This document shows positions 32,268-41,092 of a stretch of 64,000 bases of DNA, piece after piece; within the stretch, counting starts at the first letter, position 1, and the number at the start of each line of letters is the position of its first letter. Made by a program: the position numbers and the translations under genes. A model generated the notes under the pieces. That model had not been told where the DNA came from and searched no databases. It saw nothing but the letters and a program-made list of their open reading frames with translations. Source of the DNA: an uncultured cyanobacterium (lineage in GTDB: Bacteria; Cyanobacteriota; Cyanobacteriia; PCC-9006; JAAUQQ01); NCBI GenBank assembly GCA_963718615.1, contig OY970368.1:1024001-1088000 (forward strand), in the 5' to 3' direction.

Positions 32268-33007
32268 AATTTCTCCTTATTTCTCCTTGGAGTATTAGGA
32301 TATTTAATATCTCTTCGATATTAAATTCGATAGTCTACGCTCTCCAGTTATATTGAGAGCCGCATGACTTAAAAAGTGTTTGAGAAAAGTTTTCCTTTGT
32401 TCATATAACAAGTAGAAGTGGATCCTAAGTAAGCTATAGATTAGCTGCGGAATTAAAGTCAGAACAATGAGATAGCTGCGGCCACAAGACCATTGCTTGT
32501 TCCTCGACCTCGATCGCCATAAGTCGTCCATCAATAGAGATGGAGAGTTCGTAGTGACAATGCTTCGTAAGATACTCATAGAATGATGGCTTTAATTGAC
32601 AAGGACTGAGCATGGGAGAGTTCAACTCTAAAAATGAAGACAGTACAAGTAGATCGTTAAACCCAGGTGATCTGAATCTCCTGGGACGATAACTAATTCC
32701 ATCCTAAGGAATATCAAAAATACTAGGAAACTTGGCGTATTGCAGTCTCTTAAACTCTGTAAATAACAGAGAACTAGTAACGGAATGAATTATGGCATAG
32801 CCATGCTCACCTTGGCAGTACAATCAACTACCTTAAAAATGTTACTTATTGCACATTTTGTGGCGTGAAGAACTTAAGGATTGGAAACAAAGGTAAACAA
32901 CTTACTAGGGTGTGTTTCAGATTACAACTTTTGAGTATCTGAAAATGCTGCAATTCAGGTGAAGCTATAGACATACTGAAAGCTGTCTGTAGCTAATAAA
33001 GACGTTC

Positions 33008-34123
33008 ATGGATTTCCTGAAAGTGTTGCTTCCCTTAAATGAGGCTCGTAAAGTGCAGAATTTTCTCCCTGTTCAAGTACTAAGACAACCCTCTATAGTC
33101 ATTGCCTCTACTGCCTTTTCCATAATTGCAGTATCAGGTCCCGTATTAGCAGGTTCTCAAGATCTAATCTCACAAAATAAAAAGGTTGAGATTACGCTCG
33201 CATCCTATGCTGTTACCAAAGCTGCCTATGACAAAATCATTCCTAAGTTCACAGCTGAGTGGAAAAAGAAAACCGGTCAAGATGTGGTTATTAAAACCAG
33301 TTATGGTGGTTCTGGAAGTCAAACAAGAGCTGTAATTGATGGCTTACAAGCAGATGTTGTCGCTCTGGCTCTAGCTTCAGACCACTCAAAGATCGAAAAA
33401 GCAGGTTTGATTCAGCCAGGTTGGGAAAAGGAAGCTCCCAATAACTCAATAGTAACTAACTCTGTTATTGCATTAGAAACACGAGATGGTAATCCCAAGA
33501 AAATTCAAGGATGGAAAGATTTGGCGAAGCCAGGTGTCACGGTTATTACAGCCAACCCTCAGACTTCAGGTGGGGCAAAATGGAATTTCCTTGGTATTTG
33601 GGGTTCAGTAGCTAGATCAGGGCAAAGCGAGACTCAAGCTCAGAGTTTCGCAACCCAAATTTACAGAAATGTACCAATTCTTCCTAAGGATGCCAGAGAG
33701 GCTAGCGATACATTCTACAAAAAGAAACAGGGCGATGTTTTACTTAACTATGAAAATGAAGTAATTTTAGCTGCAAAAAGGGAGCAAACTAATTCTTCTT
33801 ACATCGTTCCTTCACCAAATATTAAAGTTGAGGGGCCAGTCGCAGTTGTAGACAAGATAGTTGATAAACGTGGAACACGTAAGGTTTCAGAAGCATTTGT
33901 CAATTATTTGTTTACACAAACAGCACAACGTGAGTTTGCATCGTTAGGGTTCCGTCCTGTCAACTCTACTGTATCTAAAGAGTTTGCAAATCGTTTTCCA
34001 AAAGTCTCTAATCTTTTTTCAGTGCGGGATTTAGGAGGATGGAACAATGTTGATAAAAAGTTTTTCAGCGATGGGGGAATCTTCAGTAAGGTTCTAGCAA
34101 GTCGAAAACAAGTTTCTAAGTAA
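33008..34123 (+). CDS. sbpA: Sulfate ABC transporter substrate-binding protein (paralogue 1, no lipobox seen)
   Basis: SYGGSGSQTRAVIDGL, NPQTSGGAKWNFL, GDVLLNYENE. Confidence 0.92.
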   Translation: MDFLKVLLPLNEARKVQNFLPVQVLRQPSIVIASTAFSIIAVSGPVLAGSQDLISQNKKVEITLASYAVTKAAYDKIIPKFTAEWKKKTGQDVVIKTSYGGSGSQTRAVIDGLQADVVALALASDHSKIEKAGLIQPGWEKEAPNNSIVTNSVIALETRDGNPKKIQGWKDLAKPGVTVITANPQTSGGAKWNFLGIWGSVARSGQSETQAQSFATQIYRNVPILPKDAREASDTFYKKKQGDVLLNYENEVILAAKREQTNSSYIVPSPNIKVEGPVAVVDKIVDKRGTRKVSEAFVNYLFTQTAQREFASLGFRPVNSTVSKEFANRFPKVSNLFSVRDLGGWNNVDKKFFSDGGIFSKVLASRKQVSK

Positions 34124-34144
34124 TTATCTAACGACTCCTACCTA

Positions 34145-34249
34145 CGAGAGTATCCTACCAAACTGCTGGATATAATTGACTTATCTGGCCTAATTCCCTT
34201 ATGTTGCTACTACGACGAGGCTATATAAGGTAACAATAGGATACTCTCG
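34145..34249. repeat. 105-bp element bounded by perfect 13-bp inverted repeats
   Basis: CGAGAGTATCCTA (34145-34157) and TAGGATACTCTCG (34237-34249). Confidence 0.6.
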
Positions 34250-34340
34250 CTCTTTAGAAAAGAAATAAAACTTACTAGATCTCAAAGTTATTAATGCAAT
34301 TAAAAAAAGTTAAAACGTATGCAGTGTGAAGAATTAAGGT

Positions 34341-35327
34341 TCACTTAATATTTACAGCCGCACTTTTTGCTCTATAATGAGAGCAAGCTCCTAAAGAATT
34401 CGAAAATATTCCTGTACTAAGATAACGTTCCCCAAAACTAGGCTGTATAAAAACTACTAACTTATCAGCATTTTCGCTTCGCTTTGCAATCTGAATTGCT
34501 GCGTATAGAGCAGCACCGGAAGAGATCCCAGAAAGTATTCCTTCCTCTCGTGCTAGTCTACATGTATAAGTGATTGCTGCCTCACTTCTAACTTGAACTA
34601 CCTCATCAATTAGGTCGATCTTCAAGATATCAGGGATGAATCCAGCACCCAGACCTTGAATTTGGTGAGGGCCTGGCTTTCCACCTGATAAAACCGGGCT
34701 TTCCGCTGGTTCAACCGCAATAATTTGAAATTTCGGTTTTCTGGGTTTTAAAGCCTCTGCAATTCCAGTGATTGTTCCTCCGGTACCAACACCAGCAACC
34801 ACAATATCAACTTGACCATCAGTATCATTCCAGATTTCCTCTGCTGTTGTGTGCCGGTGAACGCTGACATTTGCCTTATTGCTAAACTGCTGTAGCACAA
34901 AAGAATCAGGCAAAGAATTGGCAATTGCCGAAGCTTTAGCGATTGCACCTTTCATTCCTTTAGATCCCTCAGTTAGCTCAATACGAGCCCCATAGGAACG
35001 AATTAGCAATTGATGCTCATAGCTCATCGTATCAGGCATCGTTAGGATTAACTGATACCCCTTTATAGCTGCAACTAGAGCCAAGGCTACTCCTGTATTG
35101 CCTAAAGTCGGCTCTACTAAAACCGTCTTTCCTGGCTCAATTAATCCCGATTTCTCTGCTGCTTCAAGCATACTCATTGCAACCCGATCCTTAACAGACG
35201 AGGATGGATTTAGACCCTCTAGTTTTGCAACAACTCTAGCCCTACAGCCTTCACTTTGAGGTATACGATTCAAATAAACTAAAGGTGTTTTTCCGATTGT
35301 ATTCAAAACATTATACGCAATATTCAT
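34341..35327 (-). CDS. cysK: Cysteine synthase A (O-acetylserine thiol-lyase), atypical substrate loop
   Basis: NPSSSVKDR (PLP Lys), GVGTGGT, HQIQGLGAG, GISSGA, GERYLST; has EPTLGNTG where EPTSGNTG is usual. Confidence 0.88.
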   Translation of the reverse strand: MNIAYNVLNTIGKTPLVYLNRIPQSEGCRARVVAKLEGLNPSSSVKDRVAMSMLEAAEKSGLIEPGKTVLVEPTLGNTGVALALVAAIKGYQLILTMPDTMSYEHQLLIRSYGARIELTEGSKGMKGAIAKASAIANSLPDSFVLQQFSNKANVSVHRHTTAEEIWNDTDGQVDIVVAGVGTGGTITGIAEALKPRKPKFQIIAVEPAESPVLSGGKPGPHQIQGLGAGFIPDILKIDLIDEVVQVRSEAAITYTCRLAREEGILSGISSGAALYAAIQIAKRSENADKLVVFIQPSFGERYLSTGIFSNSLGACSHYRAKSAAVNIK

Positions 35328-35630
35328 GCTGCGATGACTCCTAAAAGCTGAATCTTTGATACATTCTAGTTCGCAAAACTAAGATTTTTGCGTAATAGCG
35401 GCTACCGAGTCTTTGTTTTGTATTCATCAGCGTTTCAGATGAAATCTTTATGAAACAAGAAAAACATACAATCATTCAGTTTAAGGTCGTTAAGCCTTAA
35501 AGTGTACGACTTAGCACATTTACTAGTACATAGTAGTGATTCTATGCTGCTTGTAAAGCCATCATTACAAACAGAGTAAAATCCATGCTCATCTTAATTT
35601 TCTCCTTACGATGAAACATCTACCATTATT

Positions 35631-36647
35631 TTAGATTTGATATTGTAATGGAAAAGCCTTTGCATTCTTAGGTTTAATATAAATCTGAGTTTTAGGCTGT
35701 AGATTTAACTCTCTAAAACGATCGCGACTCAAGTTTGCCACTAAAGTTTGTCCATCTCCTAAAGTTAAGTCTAACTGAATTTCCCAACCAAGATGAGTAA
35801 TTCGATCAACGAGTGCGTCAACATATCCCTCTGCAGGCAGTCGATTAATATCTACATCATGAGGACGTAAAAAAACCTCTCGACTTTCTGTAGTAAAGTT
35901 GTTTCCCTGAAATATAGGTGTATTTAGAGGAAGTATATTAACAGGCCCAATGAAGCTCATAACAAATGGTGTAGCTGGCTGATCATATATTTCCGCAGGG
36001 CTTCCAATTTGTTCAACTCGACCCTGATTCATCACAACAATCTGGTCAGCTACCTCCATTGCTTCCTCCTGATCATGAGTCACAAATACTGTCGTGACAT
36101 GCACCTCATCATGCAAACGACGCAACCAAACTCGAAGGTCCTTGCGAACTTTTGCATCTAACGCTCCAAAGGGTTCGTCTAGCAACAGGACCTTAGGTTC
36201 CACTGCTAAAGCACGAGCAAGCGCAACTCGTTGTCGTTGACCTCCAGACAATTGGGATGGGTAGCGATCGCCCAACCCTGCTAACTGCACCAGGGCCAAA
36301 AGCTCCTCAACTCGATGCCTAATTCGAGCCTTAGGAGATTTACGGATACGCAGGCCAAAGCCAATATTTTCACGGACAGTCATGTGCTTAAACAAGGCGT
36401 AGTGCTGGAAGACAAACCCAATGTTGCGATCTTGCACACTTTGGTGAGTGGCATCCGCCCCCGGCAAGAAAATTCTTCCCTCATCCGGCTCTTCTAATCC
36501 CGCAATTACCCGCAGCAGTGTTGACTTTCCGGAACCTGAAGGCCCCAACAAGGCGACCAAAGAGCCCGTATCAACTTGAACATTCACCCGATCTAAAGCA
36601 GAAAAGCTTCCAAAGCGCTTGGAGACTTGCTCAACAAAGATTCCCAT
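35631..36647 (-). CDS. cysA: Sulfate ABC transporter ATP-binding protein
   Basis: [40 protein letters not shown]. Confidence 0.95.
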   Translation of the reverse strand: MGIFVEQVSKRFGSFSALDRVNVQVDTGSLVALLGPSGSGKSTLLRVIAGLEEPDEGRIFLPGADATHQSVQDRNIGFVFQHYALFKHMTVRENIGFGLRIRKSPKARIRHRVEELLALVQLAGLGDRYPSQLSGGQRQRVALARALAVEPKVLLLDEPFGALDAKVRKDLRVWLRRLHDEVHVTTVFVTHDQEEAMEVADQIVVMNQGRVEQIGSPAEIYDQPATPFVMSFIGPVNILPLNTPIFQGNNFTTESREVFLRPHDVDINRLPAEGYVDALVDRITHLGWEIQLDLTLGDGQTLVANLSRDRFRELNLQPKTQIYIKPKNAKAFPLQYQI

Positions 36648-36659
36648 AGTACAAAAACA

Positions 36660-36690
36660 CTCTTTTAATCTACGGTTTGTCGGTCGATTT
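36660..36690 (-). promoter_or_regulatory. Candidate sulfur-regulon box upstream of cysA
   Basis: Minus strand AAATCGACCGACAAACCGTAGATTAAAAGAG resembles the plus-strand box at 36924. Confidence 0.5.
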
Positions 36691-36814
36691 ATCGTACTTT
36701 ACATGAACAGAGAGCTGTCCTCACAGAAGTTTCCAGCACCTTGGCTGCTACCTAAAAACCCTAAAGCTCTACCTGGAATAGCTTTGGACAGCTTTTGGAA
36801 AACAGTTCAGACTT

Positions 36815-36868
36815 GATTTAAATCATAATTGAATTACAAATGAAATGCAATTCAATTATGATTAAATC
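36815..36868. repeat. Near-perfect AT-rich inverted repeat in the cysA/sbpA divergent region
   Basis: GATTTAAATCATAATTGAATTACA-7 nt-TGCAATTCAATTATGATTAAATC. Confidence 0.8.
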
Positions 36869-36923
36869 TAAGGGTTGATCTCAAAAAGCCTTGGTGCTAG
36901 TATCGGATGACCAAAACATCACT

Positions 36924-36953
36924 ATTCCGATCAACTTACCGTAGATTAAAGAG
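36924..36953 (+). promoter_or_regulatory. Candidate sulfur-regulon box upstream of sbpA-cysTW
   Basis: ATTCCGATCAACTTACCGTAGATTAAAGAG shares ACCGTAGATTAAA with the cysA box. Confidence 0.5.
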
Positions 36954-37023
36954 AGATAGGCTCATGATTAAATGCCCGAACAGCTTTCAGAGCAAGTATT
37001 TTGACTCTACGCTCCTTCAGAAA

Positions 37024-38118
37024 ATGCAAAAATTTCACCTTTTCGGCATACCTCGTCGTCGCTTCTTGGCACTTCTGCTCACTTCGACTTTGGTTAGTGG
37101 CAGTATCACCGCTTGTGCGACCAACTCCGAGTTGCAGGAGTCTAGCGCTAGGGCAGTAGCAAATACCTCGGGAGCAAGTAAGCCTGACGTAGAATTAACG
37201 TTGGTCTCTTTTGCAGTGACTAAAGCAGCTCATGATGCGATCATTCCGAAATTTGTTGACAAATGGCAGCAAGAACATCAGCAAACAGTCAAGTTTAACC
37301 AAAGCTATGGTGGCTCTGGTTCCCAGACTCGGGCTGTTATTGATGGTTTAGAGGCAGATATTGTTCATCTCGCAATTGGTTCAGACGTTCAAAAAATTTC
37401 AGAGGCTGGGCTCATTGAAACGGGTTGGGACCAGGAATTTCCAGCTAATAGTGTAGTTTCCCGCTCCGTTGCAGCTTTAGTAACCCGTGAGGGTAATCCC
37501 AAAAATATCAATAGCTGGCAAGATTTAGCGAAGCCAGATATTAAATTCATCACGGCTGACCCCAAAACGTCAGGGGTGGCTCGTTGGAATTTCCTTGCCC
37601 TTTGGAATGCAGGGCTAAAATCAGGGGGCGATGAATCTGCTGCTCAGGCTTTTGTGACACAAGCTTATCGAAATGTTCCCATTCTGACTAAAAATGCGAG
37701 AGAAGCAACGGATGTTTTCCTCAAGCAAGGGCAGGGTGATGCCCTGATTAACTATGAAAATGAGGTTCTTCTAGCGATTCAGAGTGGAGAGAATCCTTCT
37801 TATATCATTCCAGAACCAAACATTTCTATTGATAATCCTATTGCGATTGTTGATAAGAACGTTGACAAGCATGGAAACCGGGAAGTTGCGGAAGCTTTTG
37901 TACAGTTTCTGTTTTCCCCAGAAGCTCAGGCCGAATTTGCTAATTTTGGGTTTCGGCCTGCGGATGAGGCTGTTTTAAGTGCCAACAAAGAGCGAGAACA
38001 AAAATATCCTAAGGTTAATCAGCTTGCCCAAAGTCAAGATTTTGGTGATTGGAATGCAATTGAAAATAAATTCTTTCAAGACGGTGCTATTTTTGATCAA
38101 ATTCAGCAGTCAAAGTAA
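37024..38118 (+). CDS. sbpA: Sulfate ABC transporter substrate-binding lipoprotein (paralogue 2)
   Basis: Lipobox ITAC, SYGGSGSQTRAVIDGLEAD, DPKTSGVARWNFL. Start set at 37024 from signal-peptide length (ORF track begins 36907). Confidence 0.92.
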   Translation: MQKFHLFGIPRRRFLALLLTSTLVSGSITACATNSELQESSARAVANTSGASKPDVELTLVSFAVTKAAHDAIIPKFVDKWQQEHQQTVKFNQSYGGSGSQTRAVIDGLEADIVHLAIGSDVQKISEAGLIETGWDQEFPANSVVSRSVAALVTREGNPKNINSWQDLAKPDIKFITADPKTSGVARWNFLALWNAGLKSGGDESAAQAFVTQAYRNVPILTKNAREATDVFLKQGQGDALINYENEVLLAIQSGENPSYIIPEPNISIDNPIAIVDKNVDKHGNREVAEAFVQFLFSPEAQAEFANFGFRPADEAVLSANKEREQKYPKVNQLAQSQDFGDWNAIENKFFQDGAIFDQIQQSK

Positions 38119-38127
38119 CCTAACCTA

Positions 38128-38988
38128 ATGACAACTCAAATTACACCACGTCTTGCATGGCATTTTCTGGTAGCAAAAGGGGCCAAGGTGCCAGCACTGT
38201 CCGTGAATTGGGGAGTAATGATAAGCTACTTGTTTATCATGCTTTTATTACCCATTCTCTGTCTGATTAACCGAGCGGCAATCGTTCCGTTTCCAGAGTT
38301 CTGGCGGATTGCAACCGCACCAGTGGCAATCAAAACCTATGAAGTTACTTTTGTAACAGCTCTTTTCACAGCTCTGATTAATGGCCTATTTGGAACTCTG
38401 ATTGCCTGGGTTTTAGTTCGTTATTCTTTCCCCCTCAAACGCTGGATCGAAGCATCTATCGATTTACCCTTTGCTTTACCCACGGCGGTGGCAGGACTAA
38501 CCTTGGCAACGGTCTATAGTGACCAAGGCTGGATTGGCGCTTGGTTTTCACCCTTTGGGATTCAGATTTCCTTTTCCCGGTTAGGCGTTGCGATCGCCAT
38601 GCTCTACATTTCGCTTCCCTTTGTAGTACGAACAGTACAGCCTGTTTTGATGGAAATTGAAAAAGAAATCGAAGAAGCAGCTTGGAGTTTGGGAGCATCA
38701 TCTCAGCAAACGTTTCTTCAGGTGATTCTCCCTCCCATTATGCCCGCCATTTTAACAGGCATTGCACTGGGGTTCTCCCGCGCAGTTGGTGAGTATGGTT
38801 CAGTAGTAATTATTTCTTCCAATACCCCTTTCAAAGATTTGATTGCTCCTGTATTGATCTTTCAACGTCTTGAACAATATGACTATGGGGGAGCAACTGT
38901 CATTGGATTTGTTCTGATGTTAATTTCCTTAGCAGTTCTCCTGTTGATTAATCTGTTGCAAGCCTGGAGTAGACGCTATGCCGAGTAA
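38128..38988 (+). CDS. cysT: Sulfate ABC transporter permease CysT
   Basis: DLPFALPTAVAGL, PFVVRTVQP, EEAAWSLGAS, SRAVGEYGSV. Confidence 0.95.
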   Translation: MTTQITPRLAWHFLVAKGAKVPALSVNWGVMISYLFIMLLLPILCLINRAAIVPFPEFWRIATAPVAIKTYEVTFVTALFTALINGLFGTLIAWVLVRYSFPLKRWIEASIDLPFALPTAVAGLTLATVYSDQGWIGAWFSPFGIQISFSRLGVAIAMLYISLPFVVRTVQPVLMEIEKEIEEAAWSLGASSQQTFLQVILPPIMPAILTGIALGFSRAVGEYGSVVIISSNTPFKDLIAPVLIFQRLEQYDYGGATVIGFVLMLISLAVLLLINLLQAWSRRYAE

Positions 38989-39841
38989 AAATACATTTAG
39001 AAGAGCTCAGACTTTTCTCCAGCATTATCGACAGCATTTGGTGACCACAATCCTGATCAGCCTTTCTCTGTTTTATATTGCTTTAGTTCTTTATATTCCG
39101 ACTGCAAATGTTTTTGCCCGAGCTTTTCAAAAGGGTTTAGGTCCTTTAATTTCTAATCTCAATAGTCCTGACTTTTTGCATGCCGCTAAACTTACTGTAA
39201 TCCTTGCACTTATTGCTGTTCCCCTAAATACAGTTTTTGGTCTTTGTACTGCTTTGGCGATCGCCCGCAGACAGTTTCCAGGGCGAACCTTGCTACTCAG
39301 TATTATCGATCTCCCCTTTTCAATTTCTCCTGTAGTTGTGGGCCTAATGTTAGTTTTACTTTATGGTCGTTTAGGGTGGTTTGGCCCCTGGCTAGAGGCC
39401 AATAATTTCAAGGTCCTCTTTGCCTTTCCGTCTATGCTCCTCGCTACCATTATTGTCTCAATGCCTTTCGTTGCTCGTGAAGTGTTGCCAGTACTAGAGG
39501 AAACAGGAGAGGAAGAAGAGGAGGCCGCTAAACTTTTGGGAGCAAATAGCTGGCAAACCTTTTGGTATATAACGCTCCCCAATATTCGTTGGGGTCTTTT
39601 ATATGGCGTTATTTTGACTAATGCAAGAGCAATGGGGGAATTTGGTGCCGTTGCTGTCGTCTCTGGAAATATTACGGGGAAAACTCAAAGTTTGCCATTA
39701 TTTGTAGAAGAATCCTATGTCCAATATGCCACTGAATCAGCCTACTCAGCAGCCGTAATTTTGGTGTTACTTGCATTAGTAACTTTGGTGCTTAAGAGCT
39801 TTATGGAACGTAAGGTTAATGCTCGTCATCGAGCGCTATAA
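38978..39841 (+). CDS. cysW: Sulfate ABC transporter permease CysW
   Basis: DLPFSISPVVVG, PFVAREV, LPNIRWGLLYG, ARAMGEFGAV. Confidence 0.95.
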   Translation: MPSKNTFRRAQTFLQHYRQHLVTTILISLSLFYIALVLYIPTANVFARAFQKGLGPLISNLNSPDFLHAAKLTVILALIAVPLNTVFGLCTALAIARRQFPGRTLLLSIIDLPFSISPVVVGLMLVLLYGRLGWFGPWLEANNFKVLFAFPSMLLATIIVSMPFVAREVLPVLEETGEEEEEAAKLLGANSWQTFWYITLPNIRWGLLYGVILTNARAMGEFGAVAVVSGNITGKTQSLPLFVEESYVQYATESAYSAAVILVLLALVTLVLKSFMERKVNARHRAL

Positions 39842-39885
39842 ATGATTGCTTGTCTGGAGAATGAAAAGGATCATTTTAAGGTTAA

Positions 39886-40473
39886 ATGAATCATCGAATA
39901 CTTTGCCAAACTGGAACAAGCAGGAAGTTCAGAAAACGCGATCGCCTCCCCTTAGATTCAAGATATTTTTGGGATATAGAAAGTGGCTTCGTGCGTACTT
40001 TGACATGGTTAGAAGATGGCACTGTCATTAATCTTGGTCTTTGGGGAGTAGGGCATAAAGTCGGACAAGCTTTATCCAATATTCGTCCTCTTGAGATTGA
40101 GTGTCTCAGTCCTGTTTTGGCGAAGGTGATTCTGCTTGAAGATTTTCAAGCAGATTTGCAAATGGAGCGCCAAGTACTGCTCGACCATTTGCAACTCACT
40201 GAGGAACTTGCTTTGATTCGTAGCTATCCCTCAGTAGAGTCTCGACTTCTTCATTTTCTGATGTGGTTAGCAAAAAGATATGGCTATGTCGAGAGTGAAG
40301 GGCAAGCATTAGATTTTTTTCTCAGTCATCAAGACATTGCTGAATATCTTAGTACGACCCGAGTCACAGTTACTAAACTCATGTCCCGTCTAGAAGAACA
40401 CAAGGTTATTCAGCGCTTACCGATGAAAAAGATTGTGATTCAGCCTGAATCTGGCTGGTATTACCAAATTTAG
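39886..40473 (+). CDS. cysR: Crp/Fnr-family regulator (CysR-like)
   Basis: C-terminal Crp HTH LSHQDIAEYLSTTRVTVTKLM; located in the cys cluster. Confidence 0.75.
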   Translation: MNHRILCQTGTSRKFRKRDRLPLDSRYFWDIESGFVRTLTWLEDGTVINLGLWGVGHKVGQALSNIRPLEIECLSPVLAKVILLEDFQADLQMERQVLLDHLQLTEELALIRSYPSVESRLLHFLMWLAKRYGYVESEGQALDFFLSHQDIAEYLSTTRVTVTKLMSRLEEHKVIQRLPMKKIVIQPESGWYYQI

Positions 40474-40519
40474 ATCCCCTTAAACTCAATTCGTCAATTC
40501 TTGAAAAAGCCCTCAAATC

Positions 40520-40786
40520 ATGCGACATCCTATTCATTTAGAAGTTCCTCAAAAATTCCACCAAGAGCCTGTTCTCTCTCGGTTAGTTTCCGATTATCAA
40601 TTGGTTGTGAATATTCGGGCCGCAGTTCTCGGGAAAAATGGTATTGGTGGCGGCTGGTTTGATTTAGAACTAGAAGGAGAAGCCGATCGCATTGAGGCTG
40701 CACTCCAGTTCCTTCAAGATCTTGGACTAACGCTTTGGGATCAAAATCACCCTGCATCAGATTGGCAACTGTCAGACGATTCTTGA
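40520..40786 (+). CDS. NIL-domain protein
   Basis: EPVLSRLVSDYQLVVNIRAA...GWFDLELEG...IEAALQFL. Confidence 0.85.
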   Translation: MRHPIHLEVPQKFHQEPVLSRLVSDYQLVVNIRAAVLGKNGIGGGWFDLELEGEADRIEAALQFLQDLGLTLWDQNHPASDWQLSDDS

Positions 40787-40799
40787 TAGGCATTTTGCA

Positions 40800-40871
40800 T
40801 GGGTGGCCTGGGATTCGAACCCAGAACCAGCGGATTAAGAGTCCGATGCGCTACCGTTGCGCTAGCCACCC
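40800..40871 (-). tRNA. trnK: tRNA-Lys(CTT)
   Basis: GGGTGGCTAGCGCAACGGTAGCGCATCGGACTCTTAATCCGCTGGTTCTGGGTTCGAATCCCAGGCCACCCA; anticodon CTT. Confidence 0.96.
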
Positions 40872-41092
40872 GTGGGTAAAACTATTATATTCCTAATTAT
40901 TTTAGTCCGCTGAGGTAAAAATCGCTCCTGGAGAAGTTGTACGAATCAGACCAAGTCGAGTATCTTGAGACTAAGCTTCTGACCTGTGAAGCAGCGGCTT
41001 ATACACATGATTTAGCCCTAACCCAGCGCTATACTCGGACCAGATCGAATCCCGCAACGGCTTCGCACTTGGTGTTGCTTTTTAATCCTCCT

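Noticed and set aside
30456-32625. Short ORFs 30456-30647, 32304-32579 and 32434-32625
   Set aside because: No motifs or clear RBS; cannot be distinguished from chance ORFs.
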